The notes under the pieces were generated by a model. The model worked only from the letters and a program-made list of their open reading frames with translations. It was not told where the DNA came from and searched no databases. Source: Spirulina sp. (GTDB lineage: Bacteria; Cyanobacteriota; Cyanobacteriia; Phormidesmidales; Phormidesmidaceae). Taken from it: 64,000 nucleotides of DNA. The DNA is taken from the NCBI GenBank assembly GCA_044070495.1, contig JBIPSI010000024.1, positions 1-64,000 on the forward strand, read 5' to 3'. Position 1 is the stretch's first letter; every line of letters begins with the position of its first letter. Below are positions 63,160 to 64,000 of this stretch, piece by piece. The translations under genes were made by a program, and so were the position numbers.

Positions 63160-63999
63160 CTACTGCACCACGTCCATGATTTTGAACATGGGCAGGTACA
63201 TGGAGACCAGAATTGACCCCACCATCCCCCCTAGCACCACAATCATGATCGGCTCCATAATGCTGGTGAGGGACTTTACGGCCTGCTCTACTTCATCCTC
63301 ATAGAAGTCGGCCACCTTCATCAACATGCCGTCTAGTTCCCCGGTTTCTTCGCCAATGCTAATCATCTGAATGGCCATGGTGGGGAAAACGCCATATTTT
63401 TGTAGGGCGATGCTAATCATGCCGCCCGTTTGCACATCCTTGCGGGCCTCGTCTACGGCCTCGGAAATAATTTGGTTGCCTGCGGTGTCACGAACGATTT
63501 CTAGGGAAGTCAGAATCGGTACACCCGCTTTGGAGAGAGAACCAAAGGTGCGGCAGAAACGGGCGGTGGCGGTTTTTTGAATCAGGTCGCCAAACAGGGG
63601 CATTTTGAGGGCAAGGCGGTCGATGGTGCGACGACCGTTGAGGGTGGCATAGTAGCGCTTAAAGGCAAAGCTAGAGGAAAAGCCAATCGCAATCATCAGC
63701 ACCCAGTTTAGGGGTTTGCGTAAAAAGGCACTGATGAGCAGCATCATCTGGGTAAAGACAGGTAGTTCCGCATCCATTTGCTCGAACATGTCGGCAAAGA
63801 TGGGCAGCAGGAACATAGTCATGGCCACAAAGATGGTGACGGCCAAAATGCCCACCACTACCGGATAGGTCATGGCGGATTTAATCTGGTTCTGCAAGCG
63901 GTTAAGGTCTTCCAGCAGCTTAGCCAGACGGTTCAGTACTTCGTCCAGCACACCACCGACTTCCCCTGCCTGCACTAGGGCTACATAGAGGTTGTCAAA
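63160..63999 (-). CDS. pilC: Type IV pilus inner-membrane platform protein PilC (T2SS F family), 5' part outside the window
   Basis: AGEVGGVLD, AMTYP, IGEETGELD, MYLPMF; frame stays open (FDNLYVALVQAG) to the window edge. Confidence 0.95.
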   Translation of the reverse strand, partial: FDNLYVALVQAGEVGGVLDEVLNRLAKLLEDLNRLQNQIKSAMTYPVVVGILAVTIFVAMTMFLLPIFADMFEQMDAELPVFTQMMLLISAFLRKPLNWVLMIAIGFSSSFAFKRYYATLNGRRTIDRLALKMPLFGDLIQKTATARFCRTFGSLSKAGVPILTSLEIVRDTAGNQIISEAVDEARKDVQTGGMISIALQKYGVFPTMAIQMISIGEETGELDGMLMKVADFYEDEVEQAVKSLTSIMEPIMIVVLGGMVGSILVSMYLPMFKIMDVVQ

Positions 64000-64000
64000 G

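Overview
This window is core chromosome from a GC-rich cyanobacterium. The psbK, psb28, DUF3038/DUF4335 and DevT-like genes support this; a Leptolyngbya/Nodosilinea-like lineage is my inference from gene content. The window opens at the 3' end of an rRNA operon (5S rRNA plus terminator). It then carries mostly housekeeping genes: ppx, leuD, psbK, recA, recJ, rpmF, uxs/ugd, fmt, rodA, mrp, pdxH, psb28, aspS, ahcY, panB, katG, plsY and a partial pilC. Signalling genes include an adenylate/guanylate cyclase with a degenerate receiver, a roughly 10-PAS hybrid histidine kinase and a membrane-anchored pseudo-orthocaspase. Two real genes (psbK, rpmF) and one likely small membrane-protein gene are missing from the ORF track. 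I found no prophage, CRISPR array, tRNA or autonomous transposase. The most interesting signals are: (i) several families of non-autonomous repeats, including a 131-bp MITE that demonstrably interrupts an SRPBCC remnant and a three-level nested element with a 9-bp target duplication; (ii) a protein with a degenerate MazG-like N-terminus and duplicated KGK-like modules; (iii) a candidate trans-envelope module of D,D-dipeptidase, PG-binding/HEAT protein, DUF3038 and DUF4335; (iv) apparent absence of HIP1 alongside frequent CCTAGG/CCCTAGGG. I cannot claim a clearly new multi-gene system from sequence alone. Family assignments come from motif recognition, not from database searches.
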